Shown here: one piece after another, positions 27,215 through 40,786 of the stretch
Layout of the letters: every line of letters begins with the position of its first letter
How positions within the stretch are numbered: the stretch's first letter is position 1
NCBI GenBank assembly: GCA_964016885.1
Contig: OZ024740.1
Location: 396,428,001-396,492,000, forward strand
DNA from: Eledone cirrhosa
Taxonomy: Eukaryota
Direction of reading: 5' to 3'
Length of the DNA: 64,000 bases
The notes under the pieces: model-generated
What the model was told of the DNA's origin: nothing
Databases searched by the model: none
Seen by the model: the letters and a program-made list of their open reading frames with translations, nothing else
Translations under genes and position numbers: made by a program

Positions 27215-28590
27215 ACCACCGATCTTTCCACTATTTAGCTAGGGATGGGTACCAAGCTAGGTTGTGAGGCTGCCACTCATGCCGCCAGAGCATTTACCAG
27301 CATACCTTCTGAAACCCCCAAGGTTATCCTCAAGCTAGATCTCAAGAATACTTTCAATTCCATCAGTTGGGATGTCTTCCTCTGTTCAGTAAAAGAGGGG
27401 GCCCTGCAGCTTTACCACTTTGTTTGGCAAGCCTATTAGGAGCCCTCCTACTCTCCTTCAGCTACCATTTCCTATTATCTGCCACAGGGGTTCAACAGGG
27501 TGACCCGCTTGGACCTGTTCTTTTTGTACTGGGCATTGATGACATCACCAAGATGGGAGTTGACCTGGATCTGAATGTCTGGTATCTGGATGATGCTTGC
27601 TTGGGGCGTCCTCCAGACAAGGTCCTTGCAACCACAAAGACGATGATTGAGGAGCTGGGTTTTTGGGGCCTTCACGTCAACAGTTCCAAATGCGTTTCTG
27701 GTTCCTCAACCACCCAGATTCACATCAGCAGACTGTTCACCTGTTCACAGAGTCCTTCCCCTCCATTGCGGTTCCTACTCCATGAGCGTAGTTATCCTTT
27801 GGAACCCCAATTACTGACCAAGCCTTTGAGGCCATGTTTCTATTGAAGTTCGCTAACATCGAGCAACTTTTAAAAAACCTTAAAGTCATTGAGCCTCACC
27901 AAGGTTTTTTATACTTAGGAATTATTTGTCAATCCCTAAGTTGTTGTATTTCTTCAGAGTCAGTCCCTCTTACAAATTCTCATCATCTCTTCAATGCTTT
28001 GATGACCTCATATTCAGTGATCTCAAGGGTTTAGAGGTCTTAGTTTGCACAAATGCATATTTTTGTCTCTACCTTGCTTTTTTTCCTCCATCCACACTTG
28101 CTGATTCTGTTGCCGAACGGAATAAAATTCGTAAATACCTGGATTTATTCAGTAATTATTTTTTCCAGCCTGTGGCATTCGAGATGTTTGGTGGAGTTGG
28201 ACCGCTGACAGCGAAGTTCTTGTCATCACTGTCGGCTCACCTTACTGAGGTGCCAGGCGATGCATGTGAGGGTGTCTGGTTGTTTCAGCCTTAGCTTCGC
28301 CATCACCCGTGGAAATTGTGTGAGCGTATTAGCTTGCCTAAAAGTGTTTATGATGTGATGTGTGGTCGATTGTCGCACTTGGTGGTGAATTGCCCTCCTC
28401 CCTCTTTTTTGAATGTCTTTTTTATTTCTCTTTTATATATTTATATTTGTGTTATCAATGACAATATATTTGTAATGTTCTTCTGAACGAATTGCGAGCA
28501 ATTTATAATGTTATTTACGCATTTGTAATGTCATTTATATATATATTTAAAACATTTGTAATGTTAATTATACAACTGTAAAAAAAAACC
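27215..28590 (+). mobile_element. Degenerate, deleted CRE-type non-LTR retrotransposon
   Basis: Motifs GCEAATHA, LKLDLKNTFNSIS, GVQQGDPLGPVLF, WYLDD and FQPVAFEMFG. The 3'UTR resembles 58740-58900. Confidence 0.8.
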
Positions 28591-28939
28591 TCTTAAAGTT
28601 ATATATACATATATATATATATATATATGATCGAAAAATTAATTGAATATTGTGAAACGAATGTTATATAAACAACAACAGGTGTTGGCAAACTTTTTTT
28701 GCGGTAGGCTGGTTTGGCAAAGTTTTTGTACTGCAGACTAAAGCAAATAAAAAAAAAAAAATGAAATCATGATCATAGAAAACTATGGAAACAGCTTGTT
28801 TTTTAATTACCTTAATGGTTTTTTTATTTTTTATTTATAAGTGTAGAATAGTAGGCTTTTTTTTAATACTGTAACATTATTTAATAACATTGATCAATAT
28901 TTACTGATATATATTTGTACAATCACACAATTTTGTTGA

Positions 28940-29425
28940 AGGTGCATAAAAAGGTGCAGAGCACTAAAAATTGATGGAAGCCTTGGAGTGGGGAGACCTA
29001 AGAAGACTGGGGATTAGGTGATAAAAGCCGGCCTTACCCAATTGCACCTCTCAAAGGCAATAACACAGGACTGAGACCTCTGGCGTTACGCAGTAATACA
29101 GAGGACCCGACTTCCCATGGGTACAAGCCGAAACTGAAGCATATAGACAGTATGCCCCCACCCCCTCCCACTGTAAAGAGGTTGTGTAGGTGTCACAACA
29201 AAAAAGCACCCAGCCCACACTGTAAAGTGGTCGTGAAGGCGCTACGGTAAAAAAGCACCTAGTATTCACTGTAAATGAGGCTGGTGTTAGGAGGGACATC
29301 CAGCTGTAGAAATTAAGCCAAAATCAGTTCTTTATGAGCAAGACATGGTAACTTGACCTGGCATTGCCCACAACAGGACAACCTGTCTAACTTATGCTAG
29401 CATGGACGAATGGACCTAAAACGGT
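28940..29425 (+). mobile_element. RTE LINE 3' fragment
   Basis: Matches the end of the ORF and the 3'UTR of the RTE at 47961-50172, with a (GAT)n tail. Confidence 0.85.
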
Positions 29426-31017
29426 GATGATGATGATGATGATAATTTATTACTTGTGGAAGGATAGATAAGGAGGAAAATAGAATTAATTTATTTTACT
29501 CCAACACCCAACATTCAATACCATAACAATTATCAATATAATTATTATATAATTGTTATATCAATATAATTATTGCATCAGTGTATCATTGTATCATTGT
29601 ATTGCATCATTTGAATCACTTTACCATTAATTATTATTATCAACATATTAATTCTTTAATTTAATACTACCTTATGCTTTTAGTGACTCTTTGTGTTCCT
29701 TGCTTATTGGTATTAACTACCCTAACAAAAGCATGAGTTAATTTCCTAGCCCTAGAATATGTAATATATAACTGTCTACAACGAAATACTAGTTGTGGTG
29801 AGTAAATCCCTATTATATTAAGTATTCAATTTTGTGTTTTATAATTGAGCTGGAAACTGAGTTATTTGTAAAAGGTTCAGTCTAGCAGATGATAGCACAT
29901 GAATTAAATAATCAACGATTGTTAAAAAATAAATGTTAGTTCTATAAAAAAACTAGTCTTTGCTTTCTCCACTTTAGCACAGACACCATCACCATCACCA
30001 TCACCACCACCACCATGAATATACCACAATATTAAAGTTATAACAGTATTATGGGAAAAACTATAGTTATTTAAAATCATTCAAGACTATTTAAAATAAT
30101 GCACCTGTGCATATTTTCCTTTTATACTAGGTGAATGGATCTCACTTAATTTTTTTATTAATATAAAACATTAATTTATTTGAGACCACTGCAAAAAGGT
30201 GACTTTTTTTTTCAATAGTGAACTTTCTTGTTCACTAATCAAACATTAATAAAGGAAACAGAATTTTTACATGCAAAGTCATATACTTAGACAGTTTGCC
30301 AACGATTGAACAACAACATAGGTATCAGTTTAACCAAATTTCAAACCCACTATAATGATAAAAATCTATAGTGTTATATGAACAAAGCATTTATTATGTG
30401 TTGTTATAATTGAATTGACATAAATTTGCCAACAGCACTCATGTTAGATTCATTACATACTTACAACTTAAAAACCATTAATAATACTTGTCTGGAGTGT
30501 ACATATTACAATTTAGGACTGGTCATAGTTTCATAAGGCCATCTTGGAAAGAAAAAAAGGATGGATAATTGGATAGTGTTAGTGCAGTAGTTATAATATT
30601 TAGTTTCAATAGTTAGTTAAAGGAATTTAACTGGTTATTGTATACTGTATTATGGTTGTTGTGTTCAAATATCAATATCATCTGAAATTAAAGTAGCTTT
30701 TCAACTTTAGGAAGTTGTTGTTTACCTCAAGACCAGTCTTCATTGAACAAATATAACTGCATTCAACCACTCCCTCTTTTTCTCAGATACATTGCACACC
30801 CAGAGTCACATTACCTATGATAGACTGGTAGTGTCTGATATCTCTAAAATGCATTCATTATTTCCAGCAAGAGAAATTATTACCTTATCATCCTGCTTTA
30901 ATGACTATTTTCCCCTGCTAGCATGTTGGACGTGTTGTCACCAACCAAGTCTATACTTTTTTGTTCTCTTTCTTTTAGTACTTGTTCTTCAACAAAGTAA
31001 GTGGAACAGGAATTTAA

Positions 31018-31238
31018 CCCTTTAACATTTAAACTGGCCATCTCTGGCCAGAATTCTCTCACCTCTTTCTGTTCAAACTGGCTGTAATAGGCTGCTCATA
31101 CTTATGTTAAGGTATTGTTCTCAAAATAAATAATATCAAAATCTTGTTGATTTGATATTATGTGGGATAATTATGTGAGATAAAGTGTTTACCATGAAAG
31201 TGCAATAGTAAATATAGAGTAATGTAAAGGCTAAAGGG
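31018..31238. mobile_element. piggyBac-type MITE
   Basis: TTAA|ccctttaac ... gctaaaggg|TTAA: CCC/GGG termini with a TTAA duplication at 31014-31017 and 31239-31242. Confidence 0.75.
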
Positions 31239-31945
31239 TTAAACAATGCATAGCCAACACCACGGTGTCACAACAGTGATAAAATACAAACCTACAACTT
31301 TTAGTCTAAAAGAACATCATTAATCATTGATCTTTGTGAGTTGTCTGAGATCTGTTGGAGATATATTTATTGAGAACAATATTATTAGAGACAAATCTAT
31401 AAGAAACCTTATAACATAGTTTGACAGTAAATCATAGCAAATTAATGGTAGTGATTGGCATCACTTAAGTATTGGATCAGCAAACTTCTTCCCGAATTTT
31501 GTTACCCAGACACTTAAATTCTTAATGCTATTTTCAGGCAGATTTAACATGTTACTGCATGTGACATGGCTGACCCTTTGAGCAACTGGTACAGTCTATC
31601 TGTTAGGCTTCCCCATAGTTTCTGGTAACTGACTTTTATTCACAAGGCTTGAGTTGGTCCAATGTTGCAGTAAACAAATACTTGCCTAAGGTGTTGCACT
31701 GTGAGATCTAACATTTAAACCATTTGGCTTTACATGTAGCCATACATTTCAGGTTATAACTTGTCACAAGTATTATGTTTTATTCAACAAACTATGGCAT
31801 TATTCACTGACAAGGGCATTGATATGAATAATTATAAAATCAATCTCCATGTTTCATAGTTTTAACTGACACATAGAAAGCTGATATAGTTTCAGAGCTA
31901 TCACTCCTTTAAATCATTCATATTTATTTCCAATTGAACTATTTC
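31239..31945 (+). repeat. Copy 2 of the ~0.7-kb local direct duplication
   Basis: See 25789-26508. Confidence 0.9.
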
Positions 31946-32187
31946 AAAAGCATTTCAATTATGACCACTCCTTTTTTCTCAGAGACACTGTATGCTCAGA
32001 GCCACATTATCTATAATAATCAAGTAGTGTCTGTCGTCACTAAAATGTAGACATTATTTCCAGGATGAGAAATTATATCCTTATCATCATATAACGTCTG
32101 TTTTTCCTTGCTAATAAACAAATCTGTACTTAATTGGTACAACTGACATCTGAAATGCATACATACATACACATACACACACATATA

Positions 32188-32224
<37 letters not shown>

Positions 32225-33425
32225 GGGGCGACATGATAAAATCCGACCTTGCACACTTGCACCTCTGTAAGACAATGTAACTGGATCGAGACCTTTGGCG
32301 CTACACAGTAATACAGAAGACCCGCCTTCCCTACATACAAAGTTAAACCTACAGGCAGTAGGCACCTCTTAACAAAATATACATCCTAACCCACTACCCC
32401 TATTCCATCCTCCCACTCCCACCAACACCACCCTTTCTCTGTAAAGTTATGTTGGTACCACAGAACATCCAGTCCAAAATAAAGAGGTCATGTAAAAAAA
32501 GCACCCAGTCCAAAATGTAAAGTGCTTATGTAGGAGACATGGTAAAAAGCCTCCCAGTGAACGCTGTAAATGTGGTTGGTGTTAGGAAGGGCATCTAGCC
32601 ATAGAAAACCTGCCAGATACAGTCCTATACGTGCAAGACATGGTCACTCGATCAATCTTGCCACACATGGGACAATTCCCATCTAACCCATGCTAGCGTG
32701 GGAGATAGATGTTAAATGATGATGATGATGATATAGTAATATACGAGAATAGCAAAGCATAAATGAACTGTGAGAGAAACTAGTCATCAGAGGAATCAAA
32801 TGCTATGTGCAGGAGAGGAGATTACATTGGTATGGACATATGATGTGTATAAAGGATGACAGCTGCATAAAAAGGTGCGGAGCCCTCAAAGTTGATGGAA
32901 ACCTTGGAGTGGGGAAACCCAAGAAGACTTGGGATAAGGTGATAAAAGATGACATTGCCCAATTGCACCTCTCAAAGGTGATGACACAGGACCGAGATCT
33001 CTGGCAATATGCAGTAATACAGAAGACCCAACTTCCCATGGGCACAGGCCAAAGCTAAAGCATATATACAGTATGCCCCAACCCTCCCTCGCATACACCC
33101 CCCTTATGAGGACAGGCCAAAGTAAGTGCATCCAGTGAAGCCCCCAGTCTACACTGTAAAGTGGTCATGATGGTGACACAGCAAAAAGCACCCAGCCCAC
33201 ACTGTAAAGTGGTTGTGTAGGTGTTACAATAAAAAGCACCCAGTACTCACTGTAAATGAGGATGGCGTTAGGAAGGGCATCCAGCTGTAGAAACCAAGCC
33301 AGAATCAGTTCTGTATGAGCAAGACATGGTCACCTGACCTAGCATTGCCCACAACAGGACAACTCGTCTAACCCATGCTAGCGTGGAAGAATGGACGTAA
33401 AATGATGATGATGATGATGATGATA
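32225..33425 (+). mobile_element. Two adjacent RTE 3' fragments (subfamily 2 at ~32225-32730, subfamily 1 at ~32735-33425)
   Basis: ORF remnant QERRLHWYGHMM...GKPKKTWD and two 3'UTRs, each ending in (GAT)n. Confidence 0.85.
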
Positions 33426-34494
33426 TATATATATCATTGATTTTACATCCACTTTTCCATGCTGGCATGGGTTGGATAGGATATTTTGAGACTATGTTTT
33501 ATAGTCGGATACCCTTCCTCACACCAACCCTTATGATGCCTCTTATTATATGCAGGGATATGGAGTACCTATTCTAAAAACTGGGATACACATTGCATAA
33601 CTTTATGAAATTCCCTATTTTTAAAATTGTCCTCACTATGCATATTGGTATTTACCATAGTCAGCAATCATCCCTAGAAATAATTTTTCTTTAGATAGCA
33701 GAAACTGCATCAAAATTTGGTGTTTTGTTCAGAATCAAGACACTGTCTTTAACAAATACTGACTCTATGCAAGGTCCAACCATTATGTCATATCAGAACC
33801 CATCACACTGAAAGCTGTTACTTCATTTTCATATTGTATCTAACCTACATTTCTACTACAACTATAATGAACTTTACCCCTTCAAACATACTCACTGTGA
33901 GCATCTTCCATTTGAACACATCTATTGTATCCGATTTTCTGTTTCTCATTACCTCTATTGTATTTGTCTATTCTAAACTTCCTGCTAAACATTACATATG
34001 ATCCTTAATTCTGAGGAACTTTCTTTGTTGTTATGTGTTCCATATATTTCCTAAAGTGCAAATTCTTACATTGCACGATAACAATTTAAATCATATTCAC
34101 TCCATCAACATCTCTGAAGTGAGAGCCTTTACCCTAAAAAACTGCTAGCTATGGGCAATACTATTTATAATCCTTCAACACAAAGCTAAACAAAAATAGA
34201 AACTATTAAATATACAAGGAGAGTATATTCAGAGAAGACTACATTTAAATTTCTTTATTTCATATTTTTTGCATTAGTTAAAAAAACAGTAGACGATCAT
34301 TGCAACATGGCACTTACTTTATACAGTGGTTTTTATGTTTACCTATGTTCAAAATATTTTATTTTAGGACCCATAGGTTGCTATTAATTGAAACATATTC
34401 AAAGTTCATGCCACATTTACTTGGCATATTTTCAAATGGAAAATCTTTTATTCACAGTTGTATAAAAAATATAATAATATATTGGTTACAGAAC

Positions 34495-34770
34495 TAAAAC
34501 ACAAACACATATAATATATACAAAGCAGGTAATACATACATCTAGGACCACATACAACAAAAGGGAGGTGAAAGGAGTGGGCAAACGAACTGCTACCAGA
34601 GCAAAAGATAACAGTATTGTGAGGAGCATTGGGAAACCTCTTTAATAATGTTTGAGGCAAGCCAGCACGCTCACAGCATTACCTCGGGTGATGGCAAGGC
34701 TGATGTGCTGGAACAACCAAGTGCCCTCATGAGCATCACCAGTTATCTCAGTTAGGAGAGCCACCAGCCA
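34495..34770 (-). mobile_element. CRE-type retrotransposon 3' fragment
   Basis: LTEITGDAHEGTWLFQHISLAITRGNAVSVLACL matches the end of the RLE domain at 58560-58660. Confidence 0.8.
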
Positions 34771-35047
34771 GTAGCCCTTGCAGTCAGTAGCCCGACTTCC
34801 CCAAATGTCTTGTTTCAAATTAAAGAATAAAATGGAATGGATGATGAAGCAGGTGTTGCTAGCTGTTCTTTGCAGCAATGCCTTCTCCATTTTTTCCATG
34901 AGGCACAACTAAGACATGTTGCCTAGACTGGGGTGTAAAGTCTGCCACTCCCCCACCCTATTTTGGTTATTTCATCTTTTCTTTTCCTTTATTTTTTTAA
35001 ATATGCAAACGTTGAGGAATTGTAAATTTCTTTCTTTTATTTGTAGA

Positions 35048-35265
35048 TAATGGTTTCTGAGTTAGGCACAAGGCCAACAATTTTGGGGAGGGGAAAGTTG
35101 ATTAAATCAACCCCAGTCCAATACTGGTACTTTATTTTATTGACCCCATAAGGATGAAAGGCAAAGCCAACCTAGGTGGGATTGGACTCAGAATGTAAAG
35201 GGCTGTAACTGTATACCCCAAAGCATGGTGTCTGGGAGTCTGTCAATACTGTCAATCCACCACCA
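35048..35265 (-). mobile_element. SINE family A copy
   Basis: Reverse-strand head, Nin-like core and tail. Confidence 0.8.
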
Positions 35266-36164
35266 TTCTTTTATTTTTGATTAATAAAATTTATTTTCAA
35301 ATGACGAGTCAATATGTATGTATGAAAGATATTCATGAAACTTGTGCTTTTTCTTATTTATTTCCATTTACACACACACAATGGGGTAGGATGTGGGGGA
35401 AGAAGTGTTAATATAGTTGAGAATTTGAAGGATTTTGGTAGCTTCAAATTTTTCAACAGCAAGGACACTTTCCACTTAGTGTCTTGTTAATGAGAATAGA
35501 TGTGGTTGAGTTCTAATATAGTTTTATTTTGAACAAGCACATTATTCTAATATTAGCAATAATGACAACAGGGGGCAGTGATATCTAAAACATGTGTATT
35601 AACACACTAACAGAAGGTTATTGTCAATTTGCCAAAATCTCATACGACATGAAGACAATTCTTTTAGAAAGCAGCCAGTTGTTATTTAACTACCAAATAA
35701 ATGTGGCCTGCCTGTGGAAAATAAATGTGTATTGTTGTAATGGGGTAGTGCTGGTGCCATAATAAAATATACCCATCCCACTCTATAAAGTAGTCATGAT
35801 AAAAAAACACCCAGTCTAACCTGTGAGGTTGTAGTACTGGTACCATAATAAAATGCTCCCAGTACACTCTGTAAAGTGGTTGGCATTAGGAAAGGCCTTC
35901 ATACAAGCCAAATCAAAAATGTATGTGCAGAATAGAGATATATTAAAATGTACTCACTGTGCTTGTTTCACAAACAGGATTCCAAAATATACCGTCTCTA
36001 AAATACTAAATTAATTAGGCAAATATTGAAATACAATTAAAAAAACAAGGAATGTTTGCTAATTTAATTATCACAAATATATCAGATCTTATAAAAACAT
36101 TTATAGATTATTATAAAATATATTATGTAATTACAAAATCTTTGATTACCTACCTAGCTACCTA

Positions 36165-36445
36165 TTTTTACGAGGGTGTCTTAACATCACTCAGCAAGTC
36201 CTTTGTTAACCACTATTCAGCTATTTATTTAAAGCTGTATATAGTTATGGTGCGGCCACACTTAGAATTTGCATCAACAGTCTGAAACCTCTATATTGAC
36301 CTCCTGGAAACTGTTCAGAGATGTGCAACCAAGTGAATACCCTCCATCAGGCATCTACCATACTCTGAATGCCTTGCTTCCCAGGGCATGGATACATTAA
36401 AGCTCTGACATCTGGCAACTGACTTGGTAAACACCCACAAAGACA
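36165..36445 (+). mobile_element. CR1-type LINE C-terminal fragment
   Basis: KLYIVMVRPHLEFASTV...IDLLETVQR.ATK.IPSIRHLPYSE is a typical CR1-group ORF2 tail. Confidence 0.75.
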
Positions 36446-37163
36446 CATTTTAACCATACTACGGATGTGAGCGAGAAGAAAGATCGTGTACAGTGTGTGA
36501 CGATGGAAGAAGTGATAGAGAGGGTGAGTAGCAGAGAGTGAGTGAGTGAAAGTGCGAGGAAGAGGCTAGCCAAGAGAGGGTGACTAGCAGAGGGGGTGTG
36601 TGAAAGTAAGAGGGAGAAGGAGAGAGAAGGGGGAGAGAGAAAGAGGATAGCTGCAAGGGAAGAGAAAAAAGACAGGTCACAGCAAAGGGGAAAGCATATA
36701 TGAATCAAAAATGGCAAGCTGTGTTGTTACAATTATGTATAAAAAATGAAGAATTAGAAAAAGAAGTTAGGAATATCCATCATCAGTTGTCTACTAGGCA
36801 TCATAGGTATTTCTTCGCATTACAGACAATATACCTCCGCCTAGGGCGATACAATAACTAAAATAAGTTATTGGGATAAACAGAGTTGGGTGGAGAAAGA
36901 GAAAGACATGTAAACAGACACGAATGGTGAGGCAACGTAAAGAGAGGAGAAAATGAAAAAATCAAGTCAATAATTCATTTCGAACATAAGAACGGGCGAT
37001 TATTGATGAGGAGAACAAAGACACATCTTGGCCGTATGGATGTGAGCGAGGAGAAAGATCGCGTACGGTGTGGGCCGATGGAGGAAATGAGAGAGAGGGT
37101 GAGTAGCAGAGAGTGAGTGAGTGAAAGTACGAGGCAGAGGCTAGCCGAGAGAGGGTGACTAGC

Positions 37164-37239
<76 letters not shown>

Positions 37240-37250
37240 TATAATATATA

Positions 37251-37595
37251 ATCATCATCATCATCATTTCATTTTACGTCCGCTTTTCCCTGCTTGCAAG
37301 GGTGGGACGGGAACTGATTCTGGCTTGATTTCTACAGCTGGATGCCCTTCCTAACACCAACCTCATTTACAGTGAGTGCTGGGTGCTTTTTTGCCGTGGC
37401 ACCTCCACGACCACTTTGCAGTGGAATGATAGGGACCCCAGTCCCTATCATCTCATTTCTACAGCTGAGTAAACTGGAGCAATGTGAAATAAAGTGTCTT
37501 GCTCAAGGAAACAACACATCACCAGGTCTGAGAATTGAACTCACAACCTTTCGATTGCAAGGCCAATGCTCTAACCACTAACCCATGTGCCTCCA
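37251..37595 (-). mobile_element. SINE family B, complete copy
   Basis: Reverse complement of 17088-17415, with its tail abutting a (TA)n tract. Confidence 0.9.
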
Positions 37596-37850
37596 TAATA
37601 GTAATGATAATAATAAATTTGAAGACTAAAATCCAAAGAGGGCTCGATAAGGATAAATATATATCAAATATATAAGAACCGTAGAGAAAATATTTATTAA
37701 AATAACAGATTAAAGTTTAAGCAAAGAATCACTGCTTTCACCCATAACAGGATCTTCTGAATCTAAAAAAAATCAATCTGTGAACGCAGAAGTAAATATT
37801 CCGAAAAACGTTGCAGGCAAAGGAAGACAGGAAGATGTTACTTTGGTTTG

Positions 37851-38126
37851 TGGAAACGTTCCCTGGCAAAGAACGGAAAAAAACGAACATAATACGTCAT
37901 TATTTGGAGCGGTGAAAACAATTACACGGAAAGACAAAACCACGTTTATGGTATAAATGAAGTCGTAGACTAATATTCTATTAGGTGGTTCATGGAGACG
38001 TTCTCTGGCAATAAACGGAAAAAACGAAGATAATACGTCATTATGTGGAGCGGTGAGAACAATTACACGCAAAGACAAAACCACGTTTAAGGCATATCTG
38101 AAGTAGTAGACTAAAATTCTATTTAG
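37851..38126. repeat. Two-copy tandem repeat, period ~142 bp
   Basis: tggaaacgttccctggc... at 37851 recurs as tggagacgttctctggc... at 37993. Confidence 0.8.
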
Positions 38127-38350
38127 GAAACCGAATGATTCTCGGCTTCAGAGTTAAGAATAATGTAAATAAATTACAGAAGTAATTGAAATCAACAAAA
38201 ATTAAATATAAACATGCACGCATCCATATACGTACATACACATGCATACGCGAAAATACCTGCCATGGGTATGCAAATGCAAGCACGTACACAAAAACAT
38301 GCACGCACATACAGAACCCACGCAACGCCTGTACCCGCACACATACGAAC

Positions 38351-38496
38351 ATATATATATATATAATATATATAATATATATATATATAATATATATAAT
38401 ATATAGATATATATATATATATATATATAATATATATATATAATATATATATAATATATATATAATAATATATATATAATAATATATATATAACAT

Positions 38497-38576
<80 letters not shown>

Positions 38577-38667
38577 TATATAATATATATATAATAATAT
38601 ATATATAATAATATATATATAATAATATATATATAATATATATATAATAATATATATAATAATATAT
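38351..38667. repeat. Interrupted (TA)n microsatellite
   Basis: Direct reading. Confidence 0.95.
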
Positions 38668-38697
38668 GTGCTACAAACAGCCACAGGATAATATATG

Positions 38698-39642
38698 GCA
38701 AGCAAACAGCCACAGGAAACAAGTACCACCAATCTCTGGGAGGGCCCTGTAGAAACAGTAGACAGCTTCTGCTACCTAGGTGACCGAATTAGCAACGGAG
38801 GTGGGTGCTCAGAAAGTACAATAACTAGGGTAAGAACGGGATGGAAGAAGTTTAGGGAACTACTACCACTGCTAGCTGCAAAAGGCTTCTCCCTCAGAAT
38901 GAAAGGCAGACTGTATAATGCGTGTATCCGAACAGCGATGTTGCATGGTAGTGAGACCCGGGCGCTGAAGGTGAAAGACTTACGTAGATTAGAGAGAAAC
39001 GAAGCCTGCATGCTCCGATGGATGTGTAACAGTAATATACGTGAACGACAAAGCATAAAGGAATTGAGAGAGAGACTGAGCATAAGAGGAATCAAATGCT
39101 GCGTGCAGGAGAGGCGGTTACGCTGGTATGGACATGTGATGCGTATGAAGGAAGACAGCTGCATAAAAAGGTGCAGAGCACTAGAAGTTGATGGAAACCG
39201 CGGAGTGGGGAGACCCAAGATGACTTGGGATGAGGTGATAAAAGCCGACCTTACCCAACTACAACTCTCAAAGACAATGACACACGACCGTGACTTCTGG
39301 CGTCACGCAGTAATACAGGGTACCTGACCTCCCATGGGTACATGCTGAAGCATATAAACAATATGCCCCCACCGCAAGGTGGTCGTGGAGGTGCCACGGC
39401 AAAAAAAGCACCCAGCCCACACTGTAAAGTGGACGTGTAGGCGCCACGAAAAAGCACCCAGCACTCACTGTAAATGAGGTTGGTGTTAGGAAGGGCATCC
39501 AGCTGTAGAAATCAAGCCAGATCAGTTCCTGTATGAGCAAGGCATGGTCAGCCGACCAGACACTGCCCACAACAGGACAACCCGTCTAACCCATGCTAGC
39601 GTGGAAGAACGGACGTAAAACGGTGATGATGATGATGATGAT
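38698..39642 (+). mobile_element. 5'-truncated RTE LINE (subfamily 1)
   Basis: 210-aa open frame with FCYLGD, GWKKFREL, KGRLYNAC, RRLRWYGHVMR and GRPKMTW, followed by the 3'UTR and (GAT)n. Confidence 0.95.
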
Positions 39643-39735
39643 ATAATAATATATATATAATAATATATATATAATATAATATATATATAATATAATATAT
39701 ATATTATATATATAATATATATATATATATATAAT

Positions 39736-40225
39736 ATCATCATCATCATCATCATCATCATCACCGTTTTACGTCCGTTCTTCCACGCTAGCATGGGTTA
39801 GACGGGTTGTCCTGTTGTGGGCAGTGTCTGGTCGGCTGACCATGCCTTGCTCATACAGGAACTGATCTGGCTTGATTTCTACAGCTGGATGCCCTTCCTA
39901 ACACCAACCTCATTTACAGTGAGTGCTGGGTGCTTTTTCGTGGCGCCTACACGTCCACTTTACAGTGTGGGCTGGGTGCTTTTTTTGCCGTGGCACCTCC
40001 ACGACCACCTTGCGGTGGGGGGAGTGGGGGCATATTGTTTATATGCTTCAGCATGTACCCATGGGAGGTCGGGTACCCTGTATTACTGCGTGACGCCAGA
40101 AGTCACGGTCGTGTGTCATTGTCTTTGAGAGGTGTAGTTGAGTAAGGTCGGCTTTTATCACCTCATCCCAAGTCATCTTGGGTTTCCCCACTCCGCGGTT
40201 TCCATCAACTTGTAGTGCTCTGCAC
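39736..40225 (-). mobile_element. RTE 3' fragment, tail-to-tail with the preceding copy
   Basis: Reverse complement of 39171-39642. Confidence 0.95.
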
Positions 40226-40342
40226 TATATATATAATTGTTTCTACTTTTGGCACCAGGCCAGCAATTATCCCAGTGCATTACTGGTACTTTATTTTATC
40301 GATCCCATAAGGATGAAAGGCAAAGTTAACCTCGGCGGGATT

Positions 40343-40401
40343 TGTGAGATCTGCCTATGGGTAACAAGATGCCATCTTGTTACCCATAGGCAGATCTCAC
40401 A
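40343..40401. repeat. Perfect 59-bp palindrome (29-bp arms, 1-nt loop)
   Basis: tgtgagatctgcctatgggtaacaagatg-c-catcttgttacccataggcagatctcaca, fused to a truncated SINE A (40237-40343). Confidence 0.95.
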
Positions 40402-40538
40402 CAATGCAGCCCCGACAGATGAATACTGCTTGATTATGGCTGACAACTGATGCAACCAAGACATAATAGTAAAAACCAATATATGGAACATTATATTATG
40501 TAACATTCTCTCATTATTTTAATTTATATTCCTTTGAA

Positions 40539-40658
40539 GTTCCGATGAGCCGCTCTGTCTTTTAAATATGTTAATTATTTTCAACTGAACCAGATCAATT
40601 ATGATATATAGTCATTTGATCCAGAAATATTATATGGAGTAGTGAAACAATTGTAAAC
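40539..40658 (+). ncRNA. Decayed type-I hammerhead-like motif
   Basis: gtt-CCGATGA-gccgctctgt...atggagtagt-GAAA-caattg-TA-aac. U4 is replaced by C, stem II is long and imperfect, and stem III is palindromic. Confidence 0.4.
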
Positions 40659-40786
40659 GGACATTATTATTATTAATATTATTATTATTATTCTCTACAT
40701 TCCTTACATCAAACTAAAATATGTTGACAATCTTTTAATAATATCTTCCTTGTGAAATTTGTGGTCTTGCTTTGCTTAACTAATGA

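Noticed and set aside
28678-28720. hAT-like terminus caggtgttggcaaact
   Set aside because: No matching second end or 8-bp TSD was found.
37721-37765. Minus-strand hammerhead-like string cagaaga...gaaa
   Set aside because: The core is mismatched and no stem I or III pairing could be found.
38119-38732. Long Y/I-rich ORFs here and at 40752-41117 and 46298-46600
   Set aside because: They are translations of (TA)n microsatellites.
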